Under the pieces are notes generated by a model. The model was not told where the DNA came from. It saw nothing but the letters and a program-made list of their open reading frames with translations, and did not search any database. The translations under genes were made by a program, and so were the position numbers. A stretch of DNA of 62,658 nt, the filler included, from Nemertoderma westbladi (lineage: Eukaryota > Animalia > Xenacoelomorpha), in NCBI GenBank assembly GCA_032718475.1. It is 3 parts of 3 records of this genome, joined end to end, with 100 filler letters (N's around TTAATTAATTAA, not from the genome) between each part and the next. Parts side by side here need not be neighbours in the genome. Positions count along the whole stretch, not along the records: positions 1 to 28,739 come from JAUCBJ010001742.1; 2 more parts are not named here. One strand, written 5' to 3'. Of the stretch, positions 14,801 through 24,858 are shown in pieces (position 1 is the stretch's first letter; every line of letters begins with the position of its first letter).

Positions 14801-17180
14801 GAGACGGCTTTTGTGACTTCTAGATCAAAGACAATGCCGGTCAAATACATGACTGTCCCTCGTGCAGAGTTACAGGTGGCAGTAGTTTCAGTCGAGGTAA
14901 GTAAGCAGATAATAGAGGAGTTAGACACGACATTGACCTTATTCTATTGGACGGACGCATCCTTAGTGTTAGTATATATCGCAGCCGACAATATTGCACT
15001 AAAGACATTTGTGGCCAACAGACGCGCTCAGATCGTAGACGTTTTGACGAAGGAACAATGGAGACATTGTCCGGGAGTGTTGAACCCGGCCGACATAACT
15101 TCGAGAGGTGCAATGCCGGTGGAATTCTGTCAGGAAGAGTCGCAGGAGTTTTGGTTGCATGGACCTGATTTTCTAACAAGGACACAGGAACATTGGCCAG
15201 AGCGACTGAAGATAGTGACCAATCCGATGCCAGAAGATGCAGAGGTCAAAGTGGAGAAAGTCTCTAAGTCAAAGTCTAAAGCCAAACTCAAGTCATTGGA
15301 GCGGCCTGAAGAGTCATTGGAGCGGCCTGAGATATCATTGGAGCAGCCCGGAGACATGTCAGACCTACAGACTTACGTGACTACTATGTCAGGAAGGGTA
15401 AGTTATGACATAAAACCACCCTTACAGACTAAACCAGAGTCACAGTTGGTAAGTGACGGACAGAAAATGACCGACACAATGGAGCCTTTGGTTTCCAAAC
15501 CTGCGGGTTTGGATTCGAAACTTCCATTAGTTAGCGGACAACCGTCGCTGGCATTAGAGCCAGCTAGTATTTATGATAAATTACTAAATTCGTCTGCCTC
15601 TTGGATGACAATTTGTAAAAGAACTGCGTGGTTAAGCCGATATATTCCGTACCTTTGTTTAAAACATTCGAAACATTTCGGAGAACAAATGAGCACTAAT
15701 AGTGAGCGAATTCAGAAATTGAAACAACCTCTGACAGAGGATGAAATTGATCAAGCGGAATTAAAGCATTTGAAGCATTATCAAATGTGTGCCTTCCCAA
15801 AAGAATTCCATCTATTATCGGCTCAACGACCAGTTCTCTATAAACCCCTTAGAAAATGGAGTCCATTAATCCATAAGGGTTTGATTTGTCATAGATCGAG
15901 AATCCAGACTGTCGACATAAACTCACAGTTTAGGTTCCCAGTGATAATCCCTAGTCACCCAATAGAATTTCAAAGAGCGATTCCATGGGATATACACAAG
16001 CGATTGCATCACGCGGGAAAGTTACACTGTTTGTCGGCAGCGAGACAGTGATTCATTCTATTGCAGCCAAGCAGGGCAGTAGGTACTATGTACGACGCCT
16101 GTCTGGTTTGCAAGAGGGTGAATGCCAGAGTATTGGAACAGGAGATGGCTGAACTCCCAGAAGCGAGAGTGCAGGCATATGACCCACCCTTTACGAATAC
16201 AGGGATGGATTGTTTTGGTCCGATTGAGGCAAAGAGTGGACGGCTGACCCACAAGCGATGGGGCCTGCTACTGACATGCATGGCTAGTAGAGCCATACAT
16301 ATTGAGCGTGTGGCAGACATGTCGACCACATCTCTGCTCCTGGCCTTAAAGAGATTTATGGCCAGGAGAGGACTAGTAAAGGCGTTTTACTCTGATAACG
16401 GTACAAACTTTGTCGGAGGGAATAGCGAGTTAAACGTGGCACACAAAGCAGCACAGAATAAAGAAATTTCTGCAGCACTTTTGCCCCAAAGAATAGAGTG
16501 GAGATTCAATACTCCAGAAAGTCCTTGGAGAGGAGGAAGTTGGGAGCGTTTAGTTTGCTCTATAAAGCAGGGCATTGCCAAAACATTGCCTGTGAACAAA
16601 CAACTTACCGACGACGAGCTGGTCACAGCTTTCATCGAAATCGAGCATACACTAAACTCGAGGCCGATAGCTATGTTGCCAGACGGTGTTGCATTAACGC
16701 CGAATCATTTGCTAATGCAGAGTCCAGCATTTCTTGTGCCGGCATCAGAACCCATTAGTGCCGACCTATATAGTCGTAAGAGCTGGAAAATAACTAAAAA
16801 AATGAATAATGGAAAATAAATTTGTGGCGTACACATTCTGGGAATATTGGCGGGAATACTATCTTCCCACCATATCTACCAGATCAAAGTGGTACAAAAC
16901 GGTTAGGAGCCTCCAAAGAGGAGACTATGTATTGATAACCGAGCCGATTGTCAAGAGAAAATATTGGGAGACGGGAGTCATCTTGCATATACACCCAGAC
17001 GTGCAAAACATAGTGCGCACAGTCACTGTGAAAATTAGGTGCAAGTGTCCGAAACCAAAGAAGTGTAAAACTAATGGTTTACGCACCTTGGACCGACCGG
17101 TCCAAGATATTGTGTTATTAGAGGAGACACGCATCAAGACAGGAGATTATAATTTGTCTCCTGCCTCAAAACAAAATTAG
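8884..17180 (+). pseudogene. BEL/Pao gag-pol polyprotein, about 10 stops/frameshifts
   Basis: Coiled-coil Gag N-terminus and Gag core (11344-12087); three BEL-type Cys/His knuckles (CWACLAPGHVRRQC, CMECGRLHHKLLH); protease LDTAS; RT DIEAMFHQV/FGARDSP/YMDN; RNase H FSDAS, PRAEL, WTDA, NPADITSRG; integrase GMDCFGP, SDNGTNF, GGSWERL; C-terminal FWEYWREYYLP domain. Confidence 0.95.
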
Positions 17181-17863
17181 TGTTGGACGCAACTCACTTT
17201 GTATGCATTCCTCGTATGCAAATACTAGGAAATGCATAGGAGCGGGATTGTGGTGATTTGCGTTGAGTTGTCTGGTGGGTATCAAAAAAAATTTTATTTT
17301 CAAAATTTTTTGAAAATTAAAAATTAAAAAAAAAATTTTTAAAATTAGAAGTGAACCCAAGACAATCTCAGACGCTGTGTATAGACGCATTTTGAATTTG
17401 TCTATAGACACAATAATTTGAAAAGTCATGAAGCCTGGAAAATAGCATTTAGAAACCATGGTGACGGCTATATTATGTAGGAGTGTAAATTGAGTTTAGC
17501 AACTTCCTCAGATTGGTGCCAGCAGTGCAACTAAGGTGCTAAAGGTTAGTAGCACCAGAGCGTACACGGACCCCACTCAGTAGTTTGCAGTGAAGTGTGA
17601 TGTTCGATTATCAAACCTGTGGGTTTGGTATAGTCGAGCGTTGAGACTATTGTCCTTTCTAACTACTGTAGCTTAGTACAAGTAATGGGAGTAGTTTGGG
17701 CATCAAAAAGTGAGTTGGTCACAGCCAGTTTATCTCCAAAGTTTTTGCGCTATGCATGGGAATAGGTTAGAGGATAGTTAGGAATGAGACGGGATCTAGA
17801 GAGTCGAACCTGAACTGCTGGAAGGCGGGCGGGGGGGGGGGGGGGGCTCATGAGGTCTGACAT

Positions 17864-17882
17864 CTAACTGATTTACCCACAG
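17864..17882 (+). promoter_or_regulatory. Putative splice acceptor for a subgenomic mRNA of the extra ORF
   Basis: CTAAC branch point, then TGATTTACCCACAG, about 130 nt upstream of ATG 18015. Confidence 0.5.
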
Positions 17883-18014
17883 CGTAATTAGTTACGTAAC
17901 GGAACCTTATTGGGATATATATATATATGTATATACGCGGATTGTAATGGAGAAGGGAATTAGAGCCCAACCAAATGAATCGAATCGAATGTTTACTACC
18001 ATGGAAGGTCGGTA

Positions 18015-18464
18015 ATGGAGCTAAATGGAAAGTATAAACCCTCTTACGATAAAGAATTAAGGAGGGAAAGAATGAGAGCGTTGGGGGACAGTATGGAAGT
18101 TTTGCGGAAGGAGTATCGCACTCGGTATCCCTACGATTTCGCGTTAGACGTATGCGACATTAGTGCAGACCCGGACGAGGAGATCGCACGGCTGTACCAT
18201 ATGAACATGTATTTACGACATGAAGAGCCTCTACCTGCAGTCCGAGATTAGTTCGACAGAATGCATCTTTACAGGAGGACTCGAGGCGAGGATCAAGAGA
18301 CGTCGAAGGTCTTCAGTGTATACAAGTTGTTCTATAAATGTGGTGAATGCATGAACAAACAAGACGTGGCGATTCCCGACCGATTGGACGAGTAACATCC
18401 TAAACCGATATTAACGTGATGTCAAGCTCACCAATTCCTTAGATACAACGAGGGAGGTTACCCA
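18015..18464 (+). pseudogene. Probable N-terminal extension of the extra ORF (same frame, three stops)
   Basis: ATG 18015 is in frame with 18465; stops TAG 18249, TAA 18393 and TGA 18417; no frameshift. Confidence 0.5.
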
Positions 18465-21400
18465 ATGAGCAACCCGATGATCAGTATCGACTTCAGCAGA
18501 AAGCGGCCTCCAAGACCTATTACGCTGACCGTTACGACATTAGATCCGTATACGGAGATTAAACCCTGTTCGACACCCAGTTTGATAGAGACAGCAGCGG
18601 CCATTTCGCTATACCGAGCCTACAAGGATCTAGAGGTGCGGCGCGAAGCGGCACGGGACTCGGGTACCAAACCCGTGGGTTTGGAGCTCTCGAGTCCCTG
18701 GACTACGTTTACTTTACCTCATCGAGCGAGAAGCCTCACGCCTGAGCATCAGGACGACATAGACGCGTTGCGGCAGGAGGAGCGAGCAGCGAAGGCAAAA
18801 CAATTATTCGATGCGCGGGTAGCGGAATATAATAAGACCGCGGATAGACATCAGGAGGAGACGAGGAGAATGACCGGATTTGTTCCACAGGCCGTATCTC
18901 AACCCCGACCGGTGTATCATTCCGACGGCAATAAACCTGCGATATTGGTAGATCACCCGGAGTCGCAAGAAGCAAATAGATTCTTGCCGATGGTGAGGAT
19001 GTCGGATCATTGGAACGTCGACTGTCTACGGGAAGTTTTATGCGCGAAGTTTTTGCGTGATGTCCCGATGCAGATCACAGACTATGACACATTGGATAAG
19101 ATTGGAGCTCCGGGGAAGGAGATTAAGCTATTCGGATGGTTAGACAAGTACATCAAGGTATGGGTCGCGGTGGCTACATTTCCAGATGACGAGGAGGTAG
19201 ACCAGGCGTGGCTGAGGAGAAAGGGATCTTACACCCGATATGACGACCACAAGGCTATCGAGCGCATGTGGACCCCATCAGAAGAGATTCAGCGTCAGTG
19301 GAGGAAAACGGAGGAATCACTGCAGGATTGGAGAGTGATGTTCTACAACAATGAAGGAGGGTCTCATCAGGAATGCTTGACTAGTAAGTGCATTCAAATT
19401 CGCGCGGCCGATGGTGTGACTCATGTGTTTATGCGCGTAAGAGCGGATAGAGAGAAACTGGAGCCCATAATCACGACACAATATCGGAAGGGGAAGGATC
19501 CTAGGGAACAGATTTTGGAGGTATGCAGGCGAGGAGGTATGCACGGAGCGGAGCGTATCGACGCCAGGATGCTACCCAAGAAAGTTAGAGAGGTGTTTCT
19601 TAACCAAGATTATGTCAAGGTGGGATCGGGAGTCCAGAGCGATTTGGAAAGTGACTTTAACGCCATGACTGATTTGGAGGATAGATTGCCAAGACCGTTT
19701 GTCGACACCAAGCTATTGTTGCTATGGGCACAGGATATTGGAATTTATAGGGAGTATCCCAACTCTGCCAAGACTGGTATGGGCTTCATAGCACATTTAT
19801 TGTATAATTGGGACTTCAAGTTGAAGACGCAGAAGAAATACGAGGAGGCGTATGGTGAATATAACACGCCACCGGGAGCAGAGTTTAAATCCCACTTCAA
19901 GCGGCAAGCGTTAGTGTATTGGAACATATGCGCGCCACCCCGTGCGTCACTACAATATTATTTGGTGCTTGAGTCGAACACGGTAACTTGTTTAGTAGCG
20001 GATATCGTTGCGCGAGTTTTGAAGCGTCATCCATTGGTGTTCGGAGGAGATCAATACGTTCGCTCGAAAGGGGGAATCCAATCCGACGTGATGAAGCGTT
20101 TCTTAACCCCGTTCTTCAACCAATCGTTAGAGAATACGTCGATGGTGAGGAGAGGATTAGCGATATTCGAAGGGATATATCGACAGAATATCGGAGATTT
20201 GGGAGACCGACCGTCGATGGAGTATCTGACGCCAGAAGCTTTGGAGAAGTGGTTCGGGAATCAAACCCACGGGTTTGGTACTCCCTTCCACTCGGAGGCT
20301 GATAGACCTGTTAGAGAGGGTTGGCCGGAGACGTTAGTAGAGGTGTTTGGAGTAGAACTTCTGGTAGAGAAGACATATCCGAAACGAACGCGGGAGGAAA
20401 TATTGGAGATAGAGGAAAAGGGCGAGGATGTTTACTTCGTTCCGGATCGACAACCTTTAACTGGAGAGGATGACATCGTATTAGACATTGGGAAAGAAGG
20501 AAGTGTGAAACCGATTGGAGACCTCATATACGAGAGGGCCTGGTTTCCACAAGCGCATAGGTGCAAGTTGTGCGGCAGCACAAGGCACAATCAAAAATCG
20601 TGCGACGCAGTAGTGGAGGCGGCGCATAAGGTCTGCCGTTGGTGCAACGAGACCAACCATTCATTTCATACGTGCACCGTTTTCATTTCTCAATGTGGAT
20701 ATTGTGGAGTAAAGGGACATTGTAGCGCAAGATGCCAACTGCGAGACGATTCCTTCCAAAACCATAGCGCTAACCTACTTCGGGAGATGCTAGATAAGTG
20801 GGAGAGTGTGGCTGACTACCACATACAAGCGCAGATGCATTGGTTACCATTTAAGGCGGGATATGGATTTTGGGCGGTAGACCCATCACATGTTGCATAC
20901 GAGCCATATTTGCAGTCGTTACCACAATATCAGGAGCTCATCCTAACCGCTCAAGACCTTCCACAGAACACTGGAGTCATAGTTGTTCGGGAATACTTCA
21001 GACAACTAAATATGGATAATAAGTACACTTGGAACTTTGTTGCTATTTGTGACCGTATCACGAAAGGTCTATTTTCGGAAACTAGAAAGGTGGTGCGCGC
21101 GCGAGGAGATTGGAGGATGGCGGCTATTCAATACTGCAACGAATTCCTATTGACTCACGTACCAGTGGGGTCGTTGACCGCTCGGAGAATTGAAGAACAG
21201 CGAACCACAGCGCCCACAGTGACGACCGTTGGAGCTCAAGGCTCACGGAAGGAACCAGGAGGAGAGGTCCGAGACAAGCATCAAGTCAAGGACGACCACT
21301 ATCATTTGATTATAGAGGCTCAGCGATTGCAGCGCAAGGCGCAGGGGGCGTCGGAGAAGGCGCGTGTGCAATTGCAAAAGGAAGAGTTGGCGGAAGTGAC

Positions 21401-21602
21401 CACAGGAGCACGACAATTGGGACGAGGTCGAGGTAGAAGCATGAGCTGGGAATCTGTCGGGGCTCAGGGAACATCATCGCCGGTTCCGGGGAGTGACGCC
21501 TCAAGGACGCCGTCAACAGAGTCTACAAGGAGTAGACTGGTGTATCTGGGGAGGGGGCAAAGGAGAGGAGCGAGCCCGAGAGACCCAGGAGCTAGCCGAT
21601 GA
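18465..21602 (+). CDS. Accessory ORF of the BEL element: DnaQ/DEDDy (WRN/EXD-like) exonuclease-fold domain plus three CCHC zinc knuckles
   Basis: 1045 open codons. ExoI-like VMFYNNEG (19335), LPKKVREVFLNQDYVKVGSGVQSD (ExoII), FVDTKLL, KTGMGFIA and W..PP..SLQYYLVLES (ExoIII-like). Three CX2CX4HX4C knuckles at 20562-20735; RG/S-rich tail. Confidence 0.8.
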   Translation: MSNPMISIDFSRKRPPRPITLTVTTLDPYTEIKPCSTPSLIETAAAISLYRAYKDLEVRREAARDSGTKPVGLELSSPWTTFTLPHRARSLTPEHQDDIDALRQEERAAKAKQLFDARVAEYNKTADRHQEETRRMTGFVPQAVSQPRPVYHSDGNKPAILVDHPESQEANRFLPMVRMSDHWNVDCLREVLCAKFLRDVPMQITDYDTLDKIGAPGKEIKLFGWLDKYIKVWVAVATFPDDEEVDQAWLRRKGSYTRYDDHKAIERMWTPSEEIQRQWRKTEESLQDWRVMFYNNEGGSHQECLTSKCIQIRAADGVTHVFMRVRADREKLEPIITTQYRKGKDPREQILEVCRRGGMHGAERIDARMLPKKVREVFLNQDYVKVGSGVQSDLESDFNAMTDLEDRLPRPFVDTKLLLLWAQDIGIYREYPNSAKTGMGFIAHLLYNWDFKLKTQKKYEEAYGEYNTPPGAEFKSHFKRQALVYWNICAPPRASLQYYLVLESNTVTCLVADIVARVLKRHPLVFGGDQYVRSKGGIQSDVMKRFLTPFFNQSLENTSMVRRGLAIFEGIYRQNIGDLGDRPSMEYLTPEALEKWFGNQTHGFGTPFHSEADRPVREGWPETLVEVFGVELLVEKTYPKRTREEILEIEEKGEDVYFVPDRQPLTGEDDIVLDIGKEGSVKPIGDLIYERAWFPQAHRCKLCGSTRHNQKSCDAVVEAAHKVCRWCNETNHSFHTCTVFISQCGYCGVKGHCSARCQLRDDSFQNHSANLLREMLDKWESVADYHIQAQMHWLPFKAGYGFWAVDPSHVAYEPYLQSLPQYQELILTAQDLPQNTGVIVVREYFRQLNMDNKYTWNFVAICDRITKGLFSETRKVVRARGDWRMAAIQYCNEFLLTHVPVGSLTARRIEEQRTTAPTVTTVGAQGSRKEPGGEVRDKHQVKDDHYHLIIEAQRLQRKAQGASEKARVQLQKEELAEVTTGARQLGRGRGRSMSWESVGAQGTSSPVPGSDASRTPSTESTRSRLVYLGRGQRRGASPRDPGASR

Positions 21603-21826
21603 GACTATAGTATCACGGGGCGACAGACTCTAGATATATACATCATCGTCGCTCTGATGTATATTGTAGCATTTTTTGTAAATATCCGACTAGACTCATA
21701 TACACTAGCCGCACTGATTTGAATTTATATTATGAGAGAGGCGAAGGAGGTGATTGGGGAGACAAACCTGCGGGTTTGGCTTACTCCTTTCACCTGCCCT
21801 AGCAAAATTTTATAAATGAAAGTAAT

Positions 21827-21960
21827 ATATTTTGTAAATTTAATTTGTATGTAGTAATCATTATGTAGAACGAATGAGAAACAATATTTTGTAAATTTAA
21901 TTTGTATGAAATAATCGTTAACATTGAAAGAGATAATATTTTGTAAATTTAATTTGTATG
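21827..21960 (+). repeat. Three copies of ATATTTTGTAAATTTAATTTGTATG in the BEL 3' UTR
   Basis: Copies at 21827, 21884 and 21936. Confidence 0.8.
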
Positions 21961-22115
21961 TAATTCATTATGCAATATCTATAAGCAATATTTGTAAATA
22001 GTAGAGTTATTATAGTTATTTAGATTATTTGGAAGAGAATTTAATTTGTTTGTATACATCGCCTTATACTCTTCTACAATTGGAGGGAAACATTGTATGA
22101 TTTCCCTTGGAGCGG

Positions 22116-24270
22116 TGTTACGGTATATGCGCTGTATACATATATTAGTCAGTTATACTGTACATATATTAATCCATTATACAGTATAATATATTAGTCC
22201 ATTATATAGTATCATATATTAGTCCGTGATGCAGTATAATTATTTTAGATAAGGCATAATAGCGCAGTGACATTTAGATAAGGAGAATAAAACGCCCATA
22301 TATTTTGAATTCATCCATTTTGTATAGTATGTAGCCCTACCTATGTAATTTTGTAATAGGATATAAGTAGATAGTTCCAGGGTAGCAAGTTCTTGTTGGA
22401 CCCTGGATATGGGCTTGCTGTTATTAGCCTTGATGGGGCTAGCTATTGGTTTTAATTTTCTCTATAATTGCGCTAAATTAACCTTTGTGCATCATGTTAT
22501 TAGTACCGCTAAATTAAGCATCGGCAAAATTACCTTATATGGTGACGAATTGTGGGTTTTAAGAGCAATAGGTTCACAATCCGGCTCTCTTATTGGCCTA
22601 ACTGCTTCCAGGTTGGTCTAATGATAGCTCGGATTGGGGAGCCAATGAGAGATCGATTGCATCACCCTTCTCAAATCACCTATAAATTGGCGTTTTGCCG
22701 GTATGTGCTGTGTTAGTTACAGTAGTGATAGCTTTCTTCTTGATTATTCAGAGTTTCGGATACATTTGTGCGTAAATTCTGTATTTCTGCTATTTTCGGA
22801 ATTATTTTCTTGCAATGATTAGCTAATTGATTCTTGCTTGTGTTTCTCAATCAATCCCAATGATTGCTGTCAATTACACTTGGAACTATGATTTCTACCT
22901 TTTAGTAAATGGTTCTATGTGATTTATTTCGACGCAATAATCCCACGGGATTTCTTAGACTGTCAGACTTTGTGATTTGCATGTGCCGTTACGGTAGCTA
23001 CCCATAGGATGGAGAGCTAAGTTACCGATAGGCGCAGGGTGCATCGGGGGGTTAGCGACGAAGGGAGCGCGGAGGATTCAAAGGCGGGCAATGCTGGCAT
23101 GAAGGTCACCGTTGCGGTTGGGCATTTGGCAGTGTAGAGCGGAGACCACTCGCTAGTACAGTAATTAGGGGCTGATGATCCAGATTTTGTCTCTATTTTG
23201 TAGTATTAGGGGGGCAGGAATTGGGTTAGTTAGGAAGCCTAGATGTACTCGGGAGAGGCCTACATGCTTTACATATCGAATTGCGAGTTGCGGTCGTTGC
23301 GAATAGCAAACGGCACTGTATTGTGAACTATTGATTGTTACGCTGATTGGTGTGTTACTAAAGTGTGCCTAATAAATCACGAATGCTTAGATAGGCACTC
23401 TTTTCCCTTTGATTGATTTCTATTTCTTAGTTACGAAATTAATTATTGCTTAGGTTGAAAATAATACAGTATCTTAGGCTGTTACTAGTGTGACCCGGTG
23501 TGTAATAAATTAGAATTGCGCATTCTAGAATACTTAGTAATTAGTACGCTGTTACATATTTTTGACTGTAATTAATTAGTAAAATTAAGAATTTGTACGC
23601 AGCATAGCGGAGAGTAGTTAAGGTAATAATTTAAAGTACCGTAAACTATTCTCGCTGGGCGGTTATTTGAATTAGCGGGCAATAAGTTAGATCGCAGTAT
23701 ACAGTACGCAAAACGCATTAGTAATTTGCTGGCCTAAAGCCAGCCGTAGGCAAGTTTAATCCCACAATAGGTATTACCCCTAAATAAAACTGTACCATTT
23801 TTGATTATTTAAATATTCTCACATTCACACATTCCGTTAGGGAACCCCATTATTAGACGCGATTGTTTGCGATTAGATTAGATTAGAAAAGACGTAATTA
23901 TTAGCGCGTTTTAACAGTAAGATTAGGCCATAAGAATACACTCTGAGTGTAAGGCCTCTCACACTCGTCTTAAGTCAGCTTAGGGAGTCGATTCGGGTTT
24001 GTTGTTTTGGTTATTCCCGCTTGGCTCATATATTCGAACAGTTAGCTCTCTATTGAGTAATTGATAGAGAAAGGAACGAGAATTTAGCAGGAGCCGTAGA
24101 AAATTAGGAAATATATTAACGGACGGCAGATTAGCGCCATCCAACGGTAAGTAGTGGGTTTTTGTACTCCGCAGCCCTACATTAGTAATTATACGCTCCT
24201 GATTGCCCTGTTTAATAAATAGAGCAGTTTTGTGTTTTTATTGGTTAGGCCGGGTAGTTTGTTCGAAACA
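22116..24270 (+). repeat. 3' LTR of the BEL element (2155 bp)
   Basis: TG...CA termini; matches the 5' LTR. Confidence 0.95.
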
Positions 24271-24858
24271 CGGCCCCCCCTGGTCTAACAGCAAGTTAAG
24301 TAAATAAAGTTAAGTTATTGCAACTATAATTTATTAATATATTGTAAATATTGACCAAACATAAACCAATAACCCATAACCATCACACATATAAACTGGT
24401 AACATATAGCAGAATAGCCAAGATTCAGTCTCTTCTAAAACTTATTGGGAATTCAAACTGCAAAATAAATAATAAAAACGTTAAAGTAAATAATTTTATA
24501 GTAAATAAAAAGATATTTATTCAGGAACTCAAGTTCCTGGTATTATTAATCAGGAACTTTTCACCTACATGTAATATATCGTATTTTTATTTATTTACCA
24601 TAGAAATGTTATACGAAATACTTATAGCAACCATATAGCAGAATATTTCATGAGATGGTGATGGAGGTCATTAAGGAATCTAGTGAAATAAAATTAAATG
24701 TTTCATATTAAATTTTTTACACATTGCGTTTCCTACCCGCGGTAAGTAGTTATTACTCAGTAGAATAAAAATTAATTTTATAATTAAATGTAAAAGTTAG
24801 TTTCCAACGCTACTCTATTGGAATTATTTAGTAATTTTATATAAAACTTACAGTTTTA

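Larger units (their letters stand above)
9178..21779 (+). other. Dispersed 18-nt hairpin motif YCARACCYRYGGGTYTGG, 7 clear copies plus 1 degenerate
   Basis: Copies start at 9178 (degenerate), 10656, 13258, 15495, 17611, 18667, 20261 and 21762. Confidence 0.8.
2545..24270 (+). mobile_element. Full-length BEL/Pao LTR retrotransposon (21.7 kb including a nested LINE) with an extra 3' ORF
   Basis: Paired LTRs TGTTAC...GAAACA; flanks TGGCC (2540-2544) and CGGCC (24271-24275) form a 5-bp TSD with one CpG-type mismatch; BEL-type Gag-PR-RT-RH-IN order. Confidence 0.95.

Noticed and set aside
8884-18464. Stop-codon reassignment or programmed readthrough
   Set aside because: All three stop types occur alongside frameshifts, and APRT and PHYHD1 use the standard code; neutral decay is sufficient.
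18465-21602. env glycoprotein
   Set aside because: No signal peptide or transmembrane anchor is evident; the motifs indicate a nucleic-acid-binding protein.
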